The notes below the pieces were generated by a model. The model made no database searches. It had not been told where the DNA came from and saw only the letters and a program-made list of their open reading frames with translations. Below are positions 18,606-27,790 of a DNA stretch of 64,000 bases, piece after piece. Every line of letters starts with the position of its first letter. Within the stretch, counting starts at the first letter, position 1. A program made the translations under genes and the position numbers. This DNA comes from Myxococcales bacterium (lineage in GTDB: Bacteria > Myxococcota_A > Polyangia > Palsa-1104): the NCBI GenBank assembly GCA_028287105.1, contig JAQBQH010000274.1, positions 8,215 to 72,214 of the forward strand. Direction: 5' to 3'.

Positions 18606-18974
18606 GTGACCAGCGCGCCCAAGAAGATCGTCCTTCTCGACGACAGCGATCTCATTCGCGATCTCGTGCGTGAGACGCTGGAGGAGCAGGGCTACGTCGT
18701 CGTCGATACCAATACGCCGCTCGGCTTCAGCAACCTTCTGCGTCGCGAGAACGCCGATCTGGCGCTGCTCGACGTGAACATGCCGACGCTGCGCGGCGAC
18801 AAGCTGGCGGAGATCGCCATCCAGCACGGAATCGTCTGCCCGCTCGTGCTGTTCTCGGACCGGCCCGCCGCCGAGCTGGACCAGATGGCCAAGGCGGTCA
18901 AGGCGGCCGGCTACATCCGCAAGACGGGTGACATGGACGAGATCGTCCGCTCCGTCAAACGGTTCCTGAAGTAG
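18606..18974 (+). CDS. Single-domain response regulator (CheY-like)
   Basis: GTG 18606. KKIVLLDDSDLIRD ... LALLDVNMPTLRG ... YIRK. Clear paralog of the 30648..31025 product. Confidence 0.8.
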   Translation: MTSAPKKIVLLDDSDLIRDLVRETLEEQGYVVVDTNTPLGFSNLLRRENADLALLDVNMPTLRGDKLAEIAIQHGIVCPLVLFSDRPAAELDQMAKAVKAAGYIRKTGDMDEIVRSVKRFLK

Positions 18975-18990
18975 ACAACTGGGGGCGCCC

Positions 18991-20544
18991 GTGGTCCTGA
19001 ATCCATCGCACCTGTCGCTGCGCACCAAGCTTGTCGCGCTCATCACGCTGCTCATCTCCGGCGTCGCCATCTTCCTCATCCTCTTCTTCCCGGCACGCAT
19101 GGACGCCTTCTCACGACGCTGGCTGGAGCGGCGCGGCGAGGGCATGGCGACGGTGTTGGCCAACGCCGCCGCCCCCGGCCTCGAGTTCGACGACGCCGCC
19201 AACGTGCAACAGCTGCTGAATGGGCTCGGCGGCACCGCGGAGATCGTTTACGCGACGGTGCGGCGGCCCAACGGGAGCGTGCTCGCTGCGCTGCATCCGG
19301 AGCGCGCGCCCGATGACCACGCGCCAGTCCCAGCGGGCATCGTGACCAGCTACGTCGGCGGCGAGCTGCGCGTGTTCGCGCCCGTCAAGGCGCGCAGCGG
19401 CGCGGCCGGCGTGTTGATGCTCGGCTTCGCGCTCGACGAGCTCAAACGCGAGAAGCACGCGCAGGACGTCGCCGTCGGCTGGGTCTCGATCATCGTGTTC
19501 GTCCTCGGGCTGGGCGCCAGCTTCATCGTCGGTACGGTGCTGGTGCGACCGGTGCGCCAGATGACCGACGTGGCGCTGCGCATCGCCCGCGGCGACCTGT
19601 CGCAGACGGAGCTGCACATCACCAGCCGGGACGAGGTCGGCCGCATGGCCGAGGCGTTCAACCAGATGCTGCGCTCGCTGCGCGAGCTGGCGGCGGCGGC
19701 GCAGCGCATCGGCCAGGGCGATCTCACCTTGCGTCTCAACATGGAAGGAGAGCTGGCGCAGGCGTTCAACGAGATGGTCGAAAGCCAGCGGACGTTGGTA
19801 GGCCAAATCGGCGAGACGGTCATCCAGCTCGGCTCGGCGGCGGCGGAGATCTACGCCGCCGCGCAGCAGCAGGAGGGCGCATCCAATCAGCAGGCCAGCG
19901 GCGTCGAGGAGGTCAGCCGCACGATGCAGTCGCTGCTCGACAGCGCCTCGCACGTGGCCAATTCGACCAAGGGCGTGCTCACGGCCGCGGAGCGCACCAA
20001 GCAGACCACCGACGCGACCTCCAAGCGGGTCGCGGGGCTGGGCGATCATACCAACCGCATCGCCGAGGTGCTCGAGGTGATTCGCGACATCGCCGACCGC
20101 AGCGATCTGCTCGCGCTCAACGCCTCGCTCGAGGCCACGCGCGCCGGGGATGCGGGGCGCGCCTTCGCGCTCGTCGCCACCGAGATGCGGCGGCTGGCCG
20201 AACGCGTGACCGCGTCGGTGCAGGACGTCAAGACGCTGCTCGCCGACATCCGCGCCTTCGGTGCGACGACGGTGATGGCGGCCGACGAAGGGCGCAAGCT
20301 CGCCGACGGCACGACCGAGTCGGCGCGGCAGATCACGCTCGTCACGCAGCAGCAGCGCACCGCTACGGAGCAGGTGCTGCAGAGCATGCAACAGATCACG
20401 GTCATTCTCGGGCAGACGGTGCAGTCGGTGCAGCAGGCGCGCTCGGCAGTGCAGATGCTCAAGACCCTCGCCGATCAGCTGGCCGAGCTCATGGCGCGCT
20501 TCCGCGTCGACGACAGGAGCGGCGTCAAGCCGAAGGCGGCCTGA
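18991..20544 (+). CDS. Methyl-accepting chemotaxis protein (2 TM, periplasmic domain of about 140 aa, HAMP, short signalling domain)
   Basis: TM1 LVALITLLISGVAIFLILFF and TM2 WVSIIVFVLGLGASFIVGTVLV. HAMP (GDLSQTE...AEAFNQM). Conserved hairpin IADRSDLLALNASLEATRAGDAGRAFALVATEMRRLAE. Confidence 0.9.
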   Translation: MVLNPSHLSLRTKLVALITLLISGVAIFLILFFPARMDAFSRRWLERRGEGMATVLANAAAPGLEFDDAANVQQLLNGLGGTAEIVYATVRRPNGSVLAALHPERAPDDHAPVPAGIVTSYVGGELRVFAPVKARSGAAGVLMLGFALDELKREKHAQDVAVGWVSIIVFVLGLGASFIVGTVLVRPVRQMTDVALRIARGDLSQTELHITSRDEVGRMAEAFNQMLRSLRELAAAAQRIGQGDLTLRLNMEGELAQAFNEMVESQRTLVGQIGETVIQLGSAAAEIYAAAQQQEGASNQQASGVEEVSRTMQSLLDSASHVANSTKGVLTAAERTKQTTDATSKRVAGLGDHTNRIAEVLEVIRDIADRSDLLALNASLEATRAGDAGRAFALVATEMRRLAERVTASVQDVKTLLADIRAFGATTVMAADEGRKLADGTTESARQITLVTQQQRTATEQVLQSMQQITVILGQTVQSVQQARSAVQMLKTLADQLAELMARFRVDDRSGVKPKAA

Positions 20545-20657
20545 GCGATCCGCGCGACAGGCTGCTCGGGCGCTTCCGCGCCAGCGCGCTCGATCGGCTG
20601 CGCCGCATCACGCTCGCGCTCATCGAGATCGAGGCGGGGCGCGGCGACGCCGAAGCC

Positions 20658-22673
20658 ATGGAGCAGCTCGGCCGCGAGCTGCATACGCTCAAGGGCGAGG
20701 CGCGTATGTTCGGGCAGGCCGCCATCAGCGAGGTGGTGCACGCGGCCGAGACCCTGGTCGTGCGCCCCGACGGGGCGATGCCGTCGCCGCGGGCGTGTGC
20801 GCGCGTCATCGCCGGCCTCGATCAGCTCTCGCGCTTTCTCCGCGACGAGCTGGGCTCCGGTGCGGAGGCGGCGGCGACGCTTGCCGAGGTCCAGCGCGCC
20901 CTCGCCGACGGAGCGGCGAGCGACGGCGGGCCGCAGCGCACGGTCGATGCGGCCGATGCGGCCCACGGGGGCCATGCGGCGGATGGGGCCCATGGGGGCG
21001 ACGGGGCGGATGCGGCCCATCGGGTCGATGGGGCTGATGCGGCGCACGCGGCGGTGGCGGAGGGCCACCATGCGCCCGATGGCTCGAACGCGAGCGCGGC
21101 CAAGGAGCGCTGGACCCAGGTGTCGGCGCGCCAGGTCGACGAGCTCTGCCAACAGGTCGCGCAGTTCTCCGTCGACTTCCGGGCGCTGGTCGCCCGTTTT
21201 CGCGGCGCGCCTGCCGAGCTGTCGAACGGCGACCGGCGCGCGCTCGTGGAGGATCTCGACCGCTGCCGCGTGCAGCTCGAGGGCGTGGCCGGCGCCAGCT
21301 GGGCCCTGCAGCTGCAGTCGATCGAGCCGACCCTCGGCGAGCTGGTCCGCCATGCCCGCGAGATCGCGCTCGGACAGGGCAAGCGGCTGCGCGGCGTCGT
21401 CACGGCTGCCGGCGCGCAGGTCGAGCGCAGCGTGCTCGATGCCCTGTGGGAGCCGCTCTTGCACATCGTCCGCAACGCCGTCGATCACGGCATCGAGCCG
21501 CCCGCCGAACGTGGGCAGAAGAATCCAGAAGCGACGCTCCATCTGCGTGCCGAGCCGTCCGGCGCCACCGTGCTGGTCACCGTCTCCGACGACGGACGCG
21601 GCGTGGATGTCGAGCGGGTCCGCACTGCTGCCGTCGAGCGTGGCATGTTGACGGCGCAGGCGGCCGCGTCGCTGACCGAGTCGCAGACGCTGGACCTGCT
21701 CTTCCAGCACGGCTTTTCGACGCGCGCCGAGGTGAGCGACCTCTCCGGCCGCGGCATCGGCCTCGACGTCGTGCGCAGCGTCGCCGAGGAGCTCGGCGGC
21801 TCGGTGACCCTGACGAGCCGCCGAGGCGAAGGCAGCGAAGTCGTGCTGACGATCCCGGCGCGGCTGAGCCAGGAGAAGATCCTGGTGGTCGCGTGCGGCG
21901 AGGCGCTGTGCGGCCTTCCTGCGCGCCAGGTGGTCGAGGTCGTGCGGCGACGCGAAGGCACGGTAGAGCACGTCTCGGGGGGCGAGCTGTTCCGCCATCG
22001 CGACGTGACGCTGCCGTTCCACTCGCTGTCGCAGCTGCTGGGCCACCACGTCGACGACGAGCCGTGGGTGCTGATCTTGTCGACGGCGTCACGCCGCTCG
22101 GCGCTGGCGGTGCCGGCGCTCGTCGGTGAGCACGAGCTCTTGCGCCGGCCGCTCGATCGGGCGCTCGCCATCAACGCGCATCTCGGCGGCAGCGCCACGC
22201 TCGACGACGGGCGGCTGGTGTTGCTCCTGGCGCTGGGCGGCCTTCTGCGGCGCGGCGCGGTCGCGATGCCGCTGCGCGCGCGGCCCGACGTCAAGACGCG
22301 CCAGCGGCACTGCGTCCTGGTGGTCGAAGACTCCGACGTCATCCGCGATCTGGTTGCCGACATCCTGCGCGGCGCGGGCATGGAGGTGCTGACCGCGGCC
22401 AATGGCCAGGAGGGGGCCGATGCGCTCGCCCAGCGGGTGCCCGATGCGATCGTGTGTGACGTCGAGATGCCGGTGATGGACGGTCTGGCGCTCTTGCGCC
22501 ACGTGCGCAGCCACTGGCCGCAGCTGCCGATGATCATGCTGACCACCCGCGGCTCCGAGGACGACCGGCGCCAGGCGGCGACGCTGGGCGCCAACGCGCA
22601 TCTCATCAAATCGAGCTTTGGCGAGGGGCTGTTGCTCGAGACGCTGCGCCGCTTCCTGGACGTGGGCGCGTGA
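20658..22673 (+). CDS. cheA: CheA-type histidine kinase fused to a receiver (Hpt - dimerisation - HATPase - CheW-like - REC)
   Basis: HTLKGEARMFG (Hpt His). N-box LLHIVRNAVDHGIE, G1 SDDGRGVD, G2 LSGRGIGLDVV, a CheW-like P5 domain, and C-terminal REC VLVVEDSDVIRD...CDVEMPVMDG. The true start is probably upstream (see finding). Confidence 0.9.
   Translation: MEQLGRELHTLKGEARMFGQAAISEVVHAAETLVVRPDGAMPSPRACARVIAGLDQLSRFLRDELGSGAEAAATLAEVQRALADGAASDGGPQRTVDAADAAHGGHAADGAHGGDGADAAHRVDGADAAHAAVAEGHHAPDGSNASAAKERWTQVSARQVDELCQQVAQFSVDFRALVARFRGAPAELSNGDRRALVEDLDRCRVQLEGVAGASWALQLQSIEPTLGELVRHAREIALGQGKRLRGVVTAAGAQVERSVLDALWEPLLHIVRNAVDHGIEPPAERGQKNPEATLHLRAEPSGATVLVTVSDDGRGVDVERVRTAAVERGMLTAQAAASLTESQTLDLLFQHGFSTRAEVSDLSGRGIGLDVVRSVAEELGGSVTLTSRRGEGSEVVLTIPARLSQEKILVVACGEALCGLPARQVVEVVRRREGTVEHVSGGELFRHRDVTLPFHSLSQLLGHHVDDEPWVLILSTASRRSALAVPALVGEHELLRRPLDRALAINAHLGGSATLDDGRLVLLLALGGLLRRGAVAMPLRARPDVKTRQRHCVLVVEDSDVIRDLVADILRGAGMEVLTAANGQEGADALAQRVPDAIVCDVEMPVMDGLALLRHVRSHWPQLPMIMLTTRGSEDDRRQAATLGANAHLIKSSFGEGLLLETLRRFLDVGA
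20944..21052 (+). repeat. In-frame degenerate short tandem repeat encoding the (D/G)-A-(A/D)-H-G-G linker of CheA
   Basis: gatgcggcc gatgcggcc cacggggg ccatgcggc ggatggggcc catggggg... It translates to DAADAAHGGHAADGAHGGDGADAAHRVDGADAAHAA. Confidence 0.7.
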
Positions 22674-24019
22674 GCAGCGGCGCCGATCGCACGCACCGGC
22701 TCGCGGCGCTGTTCGCCAGCCGCACCGGGATCGACCTCGAGCGCGGCAACCAGGCGCCGTCGCTCGAGCGCTTCGTGCTGCAACGGAGCCGCGAGCTGGG
22801 GCTGCCGTCGTTGGATGCCTACGTCGAGGTCCTCGCCGGCGACTCGCCCGAGCTTCGCCGGCTCATCAACGCCACCACCATCGGGCTCTCGTGGCTGTTT
22901 CGCGACGCCGAGCAGCTGGCGGCGATCGAGCGGCTCTTCGACGAGCTCCCCGACCGCGAGCGGCCGCTCGAGCTCTGGGTCGCGGGCTGCGCGCGCGGCG
23001 AGGACGTCTACTCGCTGGCGATGCTGGCGGCGGCGCACGGGCGGCGGGTCTCGATCCTCGGCAGCGACATCAACGGCGATTTCTTGGCGCAGGCGGCCGA
23101 GGGCACCTACGGCGCGTGGTCGTGCCGGCACGTGCCGGCGCGGCTGGCGCACGACCTGGTCGGTCAGAGCGATGCGCGCCGGACGGCGTCGCCGGCGCTG
23201 CGCCGGTCGGTTCGCTTCGTGCGCCACAACCTGCTCGACGCGCCGCCCCGGCCGGAGCATGCCGCCGCCTGGGACATCGTTCTGTGTCGCAACGTGCTCA
23301 TCTACTTCCATGCGGCCGAGGCGGCGGCGACGGTGACGCGCCTCGCCAGCTCGCTCGCAAACGACGGCTGGCTCTTTCTCGGCGCCAACGAGCCGTGGTC
23401 GCCGGCGCGCCTGGAGCCGGTGTCGATCGCCGGCCGCATCGCGTTTCGTCGCGCCAATGCCGCCTCCGTGCCGTCGCTGCCGTTCGACGCGCCGCTGGCG
23501 CTACCACAGCCGCCGTCGTCGCCTGCGACGGCGCCCGCGCAATCGTCGTGGCCGGCGGACGAGGCGACGGAGCCGGGCGAGGCCGCCGTCGCGACCGAGT
23601 CCCCGTCGCTGCCGGCCGAGGTCAGCGAGCTCTTGCGCGCGGCCGCCGATCGCCACGTCGAGGGGCGCTTCGCCGACGCGCTCACTCTCTATTCGCAGGT
23701 GCTCGCCATCGCGCCGCTGCTTCACGAAGCGCACCTGCTGCTCGGCGTGACGCACTACATGCTGGGCGACCACGCCACTGCCGTGCAGGCGCTGCGCGCG
23801 GCGCTCTTCCTCGATCCCGATCTCTGGCCGGCGGCCTTCTACCTGGCGCTCAGCCACGACAAGCTCGGCCACCGCAGCGAGGCCGCGCGCGCCTATCGCG
23901 ACGTGCTGGCGGCGGCCAACAAGCCGCAGCGCTTCTCGACGGTGGTGCTCGATCAGCTCGGCGTCTGGAAGGCGGACATCGTGCAGATGGCCCGCGCGCG
24001 GGCCGGGCAGGCGCGATGA
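22670..24019 (+). CDS. cheR: CheR-type MCP methyltransferase with C-terminal TPR domain
   Basis: LWVAGCARGEDVYSLAMLAA (SAM-binding region), WDIVLCRNVLIYF, C-terminal TPR-like HYMLGDHATAVQALRAALFLDPDLW. GTGA overlap with cheA. Confidence 0.85.
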   Translation: MSSGADRTHRLAALFASRTGIDLERGNQAPSLERFVLQRSRELGLPSLDAYVEVLAGDSPELRRLINATTIGLSWLFRDAEQLAAIERLFDELPDRERPLELWVAGCARGEDVYSLAMLAAAHGRRVSILGSDINGDFLAQAAEGTYGAWSCRHVPARLAHDLVGQSDARRTASPALRRSVRFVRHNLLDAPPRPEHAAAWDIVLCRNVLIYFHAAEAAATVTRLASSLANDGWLFLGANEPWSPARLEPVSIAGRIAFRRANAASVPSLPFDAPLALPQPPSSPATAPAQSSWPADEATEPGEAAVATESPSLPAEVSELLRAAADRHVEGRFADALTLYSQVLAIAPLLHEAHLLLGVTHYMLGDHATAVQALRAALFLDPDLWPAAFYLALSHDKLGHRSEAARAYRDVLAAANKPQRFSTVVLDQLGVWKADIVQMARARAGQAR

Positions 24020-25059
24020 CGCCGACGCGCATCTTCGTCATCGACGACTCGCCCCTGTTCCGCGAGATGCTGCGCGGCATCGTCGAAGCCGACGGCGACA
24101 TCGTGGTGGTCGGCGAAGCGGCATCGGGTGAAGAGGCGATTGCGCGTGTGGCGTCGCTGGTGCCGGATCTCGTCACCGTCGACATCGAGATGCCGGGCGT
24201 CGGCGGCCTCGAGACCATCGCGCAGCTCATGATGCGGCGGCCGGTGCCGATCCTGGTGCTCACGGGGCAGCCGACCGGCGAAGGCAGCTCGCTGGCGTTC
24301 GACGCCATCGGCCGCGGCGCGCTCGAGATCGCGTCCAAGTCGTCGCTCGGAGACGACGACGGTCGCGGGGTTCGACAGCTCATCAAGCAGCTCGGCACGG
24401 TTCGCGTCGTGCGCCATCTCGGGCCTCAACACCATCCGCCGGTCCGGGTGACGCCGGCGCTGCGCGTGCCGCCGCCGCGCGGCTGCTTCATCGTCGGCAT
24501 GGCCGCGTCGAGCGGGGGACCGTCGGCGATTGTCGAGGTGCTCGGGGCGCTGCCGCCCGATTTCCCCGGCTGCGTGGCGCTGGTGCAGCACCTCCCCAAC
24601 GGCTTCATGGCGCCGTTCGAGCGCTTCCTCGCCGAACGCCTGGAGCTGACCGTCGCGGTGGTGCACGCGCGGACCCTGCCCCGGCCGGGCACGCTGCTCT
24701 TGCCCGCCGATGACCGCCACCTCCTGCTCGCCGACGACGGCGCCTTCGTGGTCTCGGACACGCCGCCGCTCGGCGGCCATCGACCGTCGGCGACGCGGCT
24801 CTTCGAGTCGCTGGCGCGCGTCGAGGCCAGCCGCGCCGTGGGCGTGATCCTCAGCGGCATGGGAGACGACGGCGCCGCGGGCCTCCTGGCGCTCAAGCGC
24901 ACGGGAGCCGAGACCGTCGCGCAGAACGAGGCGACCTCGGCGATCTACGGCATGCCGCGCGCGGCCGTCGAGCGCGGCGCGGCGACCCAGGTGCTGCCGC
25001 TCGGATCGATCGCGGCGCTGCTGTGCCGGCTCGCCGTCGAGCGTACGCGCCCGTCCTGA
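24016..25059 (+). CDS. cheB: CheB-type methylesterase (REC + esterase)
   Basis: RIFVIDDSPLFRE...VTVDIEMPGVGG, then GMAASSGGPSA (catalytic Ser) and ILSGMGDDGAAGL. ATGA overlap with cheR. Only this part of track ORF 22618..25059 is coding. Confidence 0.9.
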   Translation: MTPTRIFVIDDSPLFREMLRGIVEADGDIVVVGEAASGEEAIARVASLVPDLVTVDIEMPGVGGLETIAQLMMRRPVPILVLTGQPTGEGSSLAFDAIGRGALEIASKSSLGDDDGRGVRQLIKQLGTVRVVRHLGPQHHPPVRVTPALRVPPPRGCFIVGMAASSGGPSAIVEVLGALPPDFPGCVALVQHLPNGFMAPFERFLAERLELTVAVVHARTLPRPGTLLLPADDRHLLLADDGAFVVSDTPPLGGHRPSATRLFESLARVEASRAVGVILSGMGDDGAAGLLALKRTGAETVAQNEATSAIYGMPRAAVERGAATQVLPLGSIAALLCRLAVERTRPS

Positions 25060-25084
25060 CGCGCTGAGGCCCGCGGGGCTGGTA

Positions 25085-25450
25085 CTAGGCCGTCAGCCGC
25101 TCGGCGTCGAGCACCAGCAGCGGCGGCTGACCGTCGGTGACGACGACGTGCGAGAACCACCCGACGTGCGCCGCCAGCGCCGCCGGCAGCGACAACAGCT
25201 GCTCGCGCTGGACGTAGCGCAGCGTCACAGCGCCGCTCACCAGCGCCGCCAGCGGCGAGCGCCCCTGCCGCGTGACGACCAGGATGCGGACCGCCCCCTC
25301 GTCGCTGGTTGCGCCGATCAGCTGTACGAGGTCGAACGCCGCCTCGCCGGTCCAGCGCTCGAGCGGAATGACCTCCTGCACCTGCGCTGCCGAGAGACCG
25401 AGATCGAAGTCGCGCGTGCGCACGACCATGAGCGCCAGCTCGTCGCTCAT
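25085..25450 (-). CDS. cheW: CheW-like coupling protein
   Basis: 121 aa. LALMVVRTRDFDLGLSAAQVQEVIPL ... LVLDAERL. ATGA overlap with the upstream cheW. Confidence 0.8.
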   Translation of the reverse strand: MSDELALMVVRTRDFDLGLSAAQVQEVIPLERWTGEAAFDLVQLIGATSDEGAVRILVVTRQGRSPLAALVSGAVTLRYVQREQLLSLPAALAAHVGWFSHVVVTDGQPPLLVLDAERLTA

Positions 25451-25878
25451 GCCGCCGTCGGCGGGGCCAGCACGCGCAGCAGATCCTCCAGATCGATGAG
25501 CGGCATCGGAACGCCGTCGAGGTGGACCTCCATCGTGGAGTGCCGGAGCCGGGTCAGGTGCGCGGGGCGCACCGCGTCGTCGGGCACCTCTTGCACCTCG
25601 CGCACGCCCTCGACGGGAAGCGCCAGCGTCGCGTCTGCGATGTTGACGATGACCGTGCGCCGCCGGCTCTCGCCCGACGTCATCGCGGCGCTGCCGCTGA
25701 GCGGCCCGAGGTCGAGCACCGCCACCGCCCGTCCGCGCCACGCGATCACGCCCGGCATCTCTGGCGGCGCGCCGACGATGGGCACCCAGCGCAGCTCGCC
25801 GAGGATTTCCTGGACGGCGCTGGCGCGCACGACGAACCAGACGTCGTGGAGCTTCGCCGGGACGATGCTGAGGGTCAT
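25447..25878 (-). CDS. cheW: CheW-like coupling protein
   Basis: WFVVRASAVQEILGE...GVIAWRGRAVAVLDLG...LIDLEDLL. ATG 25876-25878 is preferred over TTG 25917. Confidence 0.8.
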   Translation of the reverse strand: MTLSIVPAKLHDVWFVVRASAVQEILGELRWVPIVGAPPEMPGVIAWRGRAVAVLDLGPLSGSAAMTSGESRRRTVIVNIADATLALPVEGVREVQEVPDDAVRPAHLTRLRHSTMEVHLDGVPMPLIDLEDLLRVLAPPTAA

Positions 25879-25950
25879 GGTCTCTCGATTATCGCCCGAC
25901 GAGCGGCGCGCGGTCAACGCTGAGTGTCTGCCGCGACGACGAATCGGCGA

Positions 25951-27522
25951 CTAATCGTCGTCGTTGCCTTCGTCGTCGTCGGCGACCGGCAGCCTGTGCG
26001 TGTGCTCCAGGCGGACGGCGTCGAGATCGTGCCCCTTCAGGCCGAGCGCCTTGAGGATCGTCGGCGCCACCTGACGGATGCTGACCGTCTGGTTGACCTC
26101 GCCCTGTTCCACGTGCGGGCCGGCCATGACCATCGCGACGTGTCGATCCTCCTCGCGGAGGCCGGCGTGGTCGCACAGCTTGCTGCCCGCCGTGGCATAG
26201 ACGACGCCGGGGCCCGGCTGCACCAGGATGTCGGGGTGGCGGGTCGGATTGCCGGACATCTCGCCGTGGAACAGCGCGTCGATCTCGCTGCCCACGTAGA
26301 TCTGTCCACCACCGATGTTCGCCGAGTGGGCGCGCAGCACGTCCGCCACTTCCGCGGCGCGGCTGTGGTCGGTCAGCCAGATGAGCGCCAGGGTGTCTGC
26401 CGTGACCTGCGCGGACAGACCGGGGCTGACGCTGTTGATGAGGGCCGGGAAGGTCGCATCCGGATCGATCGGCACGAACGTCGAGCGGTCCACCGGCGAG
26501 TTGCCGTGCTTGGAGGCCATGATGACCAGCGTCGAGTCGGTGAGACCCTGCGCGTCCATCTTGGCGAGCATGCGGCCGATGGCCTGGTCCACGTAGTCCA
26601 TCGCCTGCGCCAGGCCGGGCGCCTTGCCGGCCGCGGCGCCGATGAAGGCGACGGTGTCGGGAATCGTGCCGGCGGCATCTTTGTAGCCGGAGAACTTCTG
26701 GGCGATGTTCACCGCCTGGAAGTTCATGCCGAGGATGGCGGGAACGCCCACCTGCGTCGCGCCCGTGTGGTCGAAGCCGTCGAGCTGGTGCAGCACGGCC
26801 ACGACCTTGAGCTCGTCGTTGGCAATGATCTTGGTGATGTCCTTCTTGGCGGCGTTGAACTCGGGGCCGTAGAAGTCATCGAGGCCCGTACCGGAGGGGC
26901 CGTTGAGGATCTCGTAGCTCGGGTGCTTGTCGGCCACGGCCGTGCGCATACCGGCGGCCTTGATCACCTCGTAGATGGTGTTCACTTTCAGGTACTGGTG
27001 CGGGAAGACGGGCGTGCAGCCGGCGTCGGGATCGCGCGGCAGCTTGGCGACGTTGATGTCGGCCACGCCCGAGCCCGTGTTGGCGTTGAAGTTGATGGTC
27101 TCTTTGTACGAGACCAGCGCGCCGCGCGTGGCGCAGTTGGAGCCCGCCGGCGACAGCCGATCGTCCCACGAGGCGTCGTAGTACACGCCCGTCGACACCG
27201 GCGACCCACCGGTGGTCATGGCGAGGGTGGCCGGAAACGAGTCCGACGGCGCCGTCGAATAGGCCTGCGTATACGTCGTTCCGCGCGCGACCAGCGACGC
27301 GAGCGCCGAGGTGGGATGTGCGGCAACGTAGTTGGTCAAGTCGAAGTCATGGAATCCGTCGATGCTGAGTAGGAGCACGTGCTCCACACCATGGCCATGG
27401 CCGTGGCCGTGGTCGTGGTCCTCGCCGCGGATGGCCGACTGCGCCACGCCCACCGTCGGGTTGGCGCCACATCCGAGCCACATGAAGCATCCTGCCACAG
27501 CCAACTTTTTCCGCGCGCTCAT
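25951..27522 (-). CDS. Secreted alkaline-phosphatase-superfamily enzyme (type I phosphodiesterase / nucleotide pyrophosphatase-like) with His-rich N-terminus
   Basis: ATG 27520-27522 follows AAGGAG. Lipoprotein-like signal (WLGC), GEDHDHGHGHGHG, LLLSIDGFHDFD, PSDSFPATLAMTTG, MASKHGN. Confidence 0.75.
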   Translation of the reverse strand: MSARKKLAVAGCFMWLGCGANPTVGVAQSAIRGEDHDHGHGHGHGVEHVLLLSIDGFHDFDLTNYVAAHPTSALASLVARGTTYTQAYSTAPSDSFPATLAMTTGGSPVSTGVYYDASWDDRLSPAGSNCATRGALVSYKETINFNANTGSGVADINVAKLPRDPDAGCTPVFPHQYLKVNTIYEVIKAAGMRTAVADKHPSYEILNGPSGTGLDDFYGPEFNAAKKDITKIIANDELKVVAVLHQLDGFDHTGATQVGVPAILGMNFQAVNIAQKFSGYKDAAGTIPDTVAFIGAAAGKAPGLAQAMDYVDQAIGRMLAKMDAQGLTDSTLVIMASKHGNSPVDRSTFVPIDPDATFPALINSVSPGLSAQVTADTLALIWLTDHSRAAEVADVLRAHSANIGGGQIYVGSEIDALFHGEMSGNPTRHPDILVQPGPGVVYATAGSKLCDHAGLREEDRHVAMVMAGPHVEQGEVNQTVSIRQVAPTILKALGLKGHDLDAVRLEHTHRLPVADDDEGNDDD

Positions 27523-27559
27523 GGCATCGTCTCCTTGACGGACTTCATCGCCGACACGG

Positions 27560-27575
27560 AGCAAGCACCATGCCG
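27560..27575 (-). promoter_or_regulatory. Sigma-54 (-24/-12) promoter candidate: CGGCATG-GTGC-TTGCT
   Basis: The minus-strand reading of 27575..27560 matches TGGCACG-N4-TTGCW at GG, GC, TTGC and exact spacing, with two mismatches. The -12 GC lies about 39 nt upstream of ATG 27522. A GAFTGA activator is encoded divergently. Confidence 0.65.
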
Positions 27576-27633
27576 CGTGTCTCCCGATGAATCGAAAGCT
27601 TCGAGATTGAAAGTGTTTCTCCAAACCGTCGCT

Positions 27634-27651
27634 GCTGCGTCGCTACGCAGC
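27634..27651. promoter_or_regulatory. Inverted repeat GCTGCGT-cgct-ACGCAGC (candidate activator UAS)
   Basis: Read directly. It is centred about 70 nt upstream of the -24 element. Confidence 0.35.
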
Positions 27652-27790
27652 ACTGTCCGGATTCCGGTTCGGTTCACCCGTAAACCGTCGAGAAGACTCT
27701 ACGAAAACTTTTCCGAGGGTCGCGTTTGCCGGAGGAGCGCGCGAAGTGGCTGACGGCAATCGTGAATCGCTACCGGGTGCCCGTCGCTGT

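Noticed and set aside
20944-21052. Short direct repeats considered as a CRISPR-like array (also 31969-32358 and 42544-42567)
   Set aside because: All are in-frame coding repeats inside well-supported genes. They have no unique spacers of regular length and no cas genes are present.
20475-23311. Long minus-strand ORFs 20475..22049 (524 aa) and 21485..23311 (608 aa)
   Set aside because: They are antisense to cheA and cheR, both of which carry complete catalytic motifs. The antisense products are Arg/Ala-rich with no recognisable domains.
22618-24015. N-terminal 466 codons of track ORF 22618..25059. The same applies to the upstream extensions of ORFs 52746.., 46534.., 44490.., 56315.., 57508.., 18105.., 13311..14999 and 29929..30987
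   Set aside because: Only the distal parts, starting at the ATG/GTG that overlaps the preceding stop, carry family motifs and signal peptides. The upstream parts overlap real genes in other frames and read as Arg/Pro-rich low-complexity sequence.
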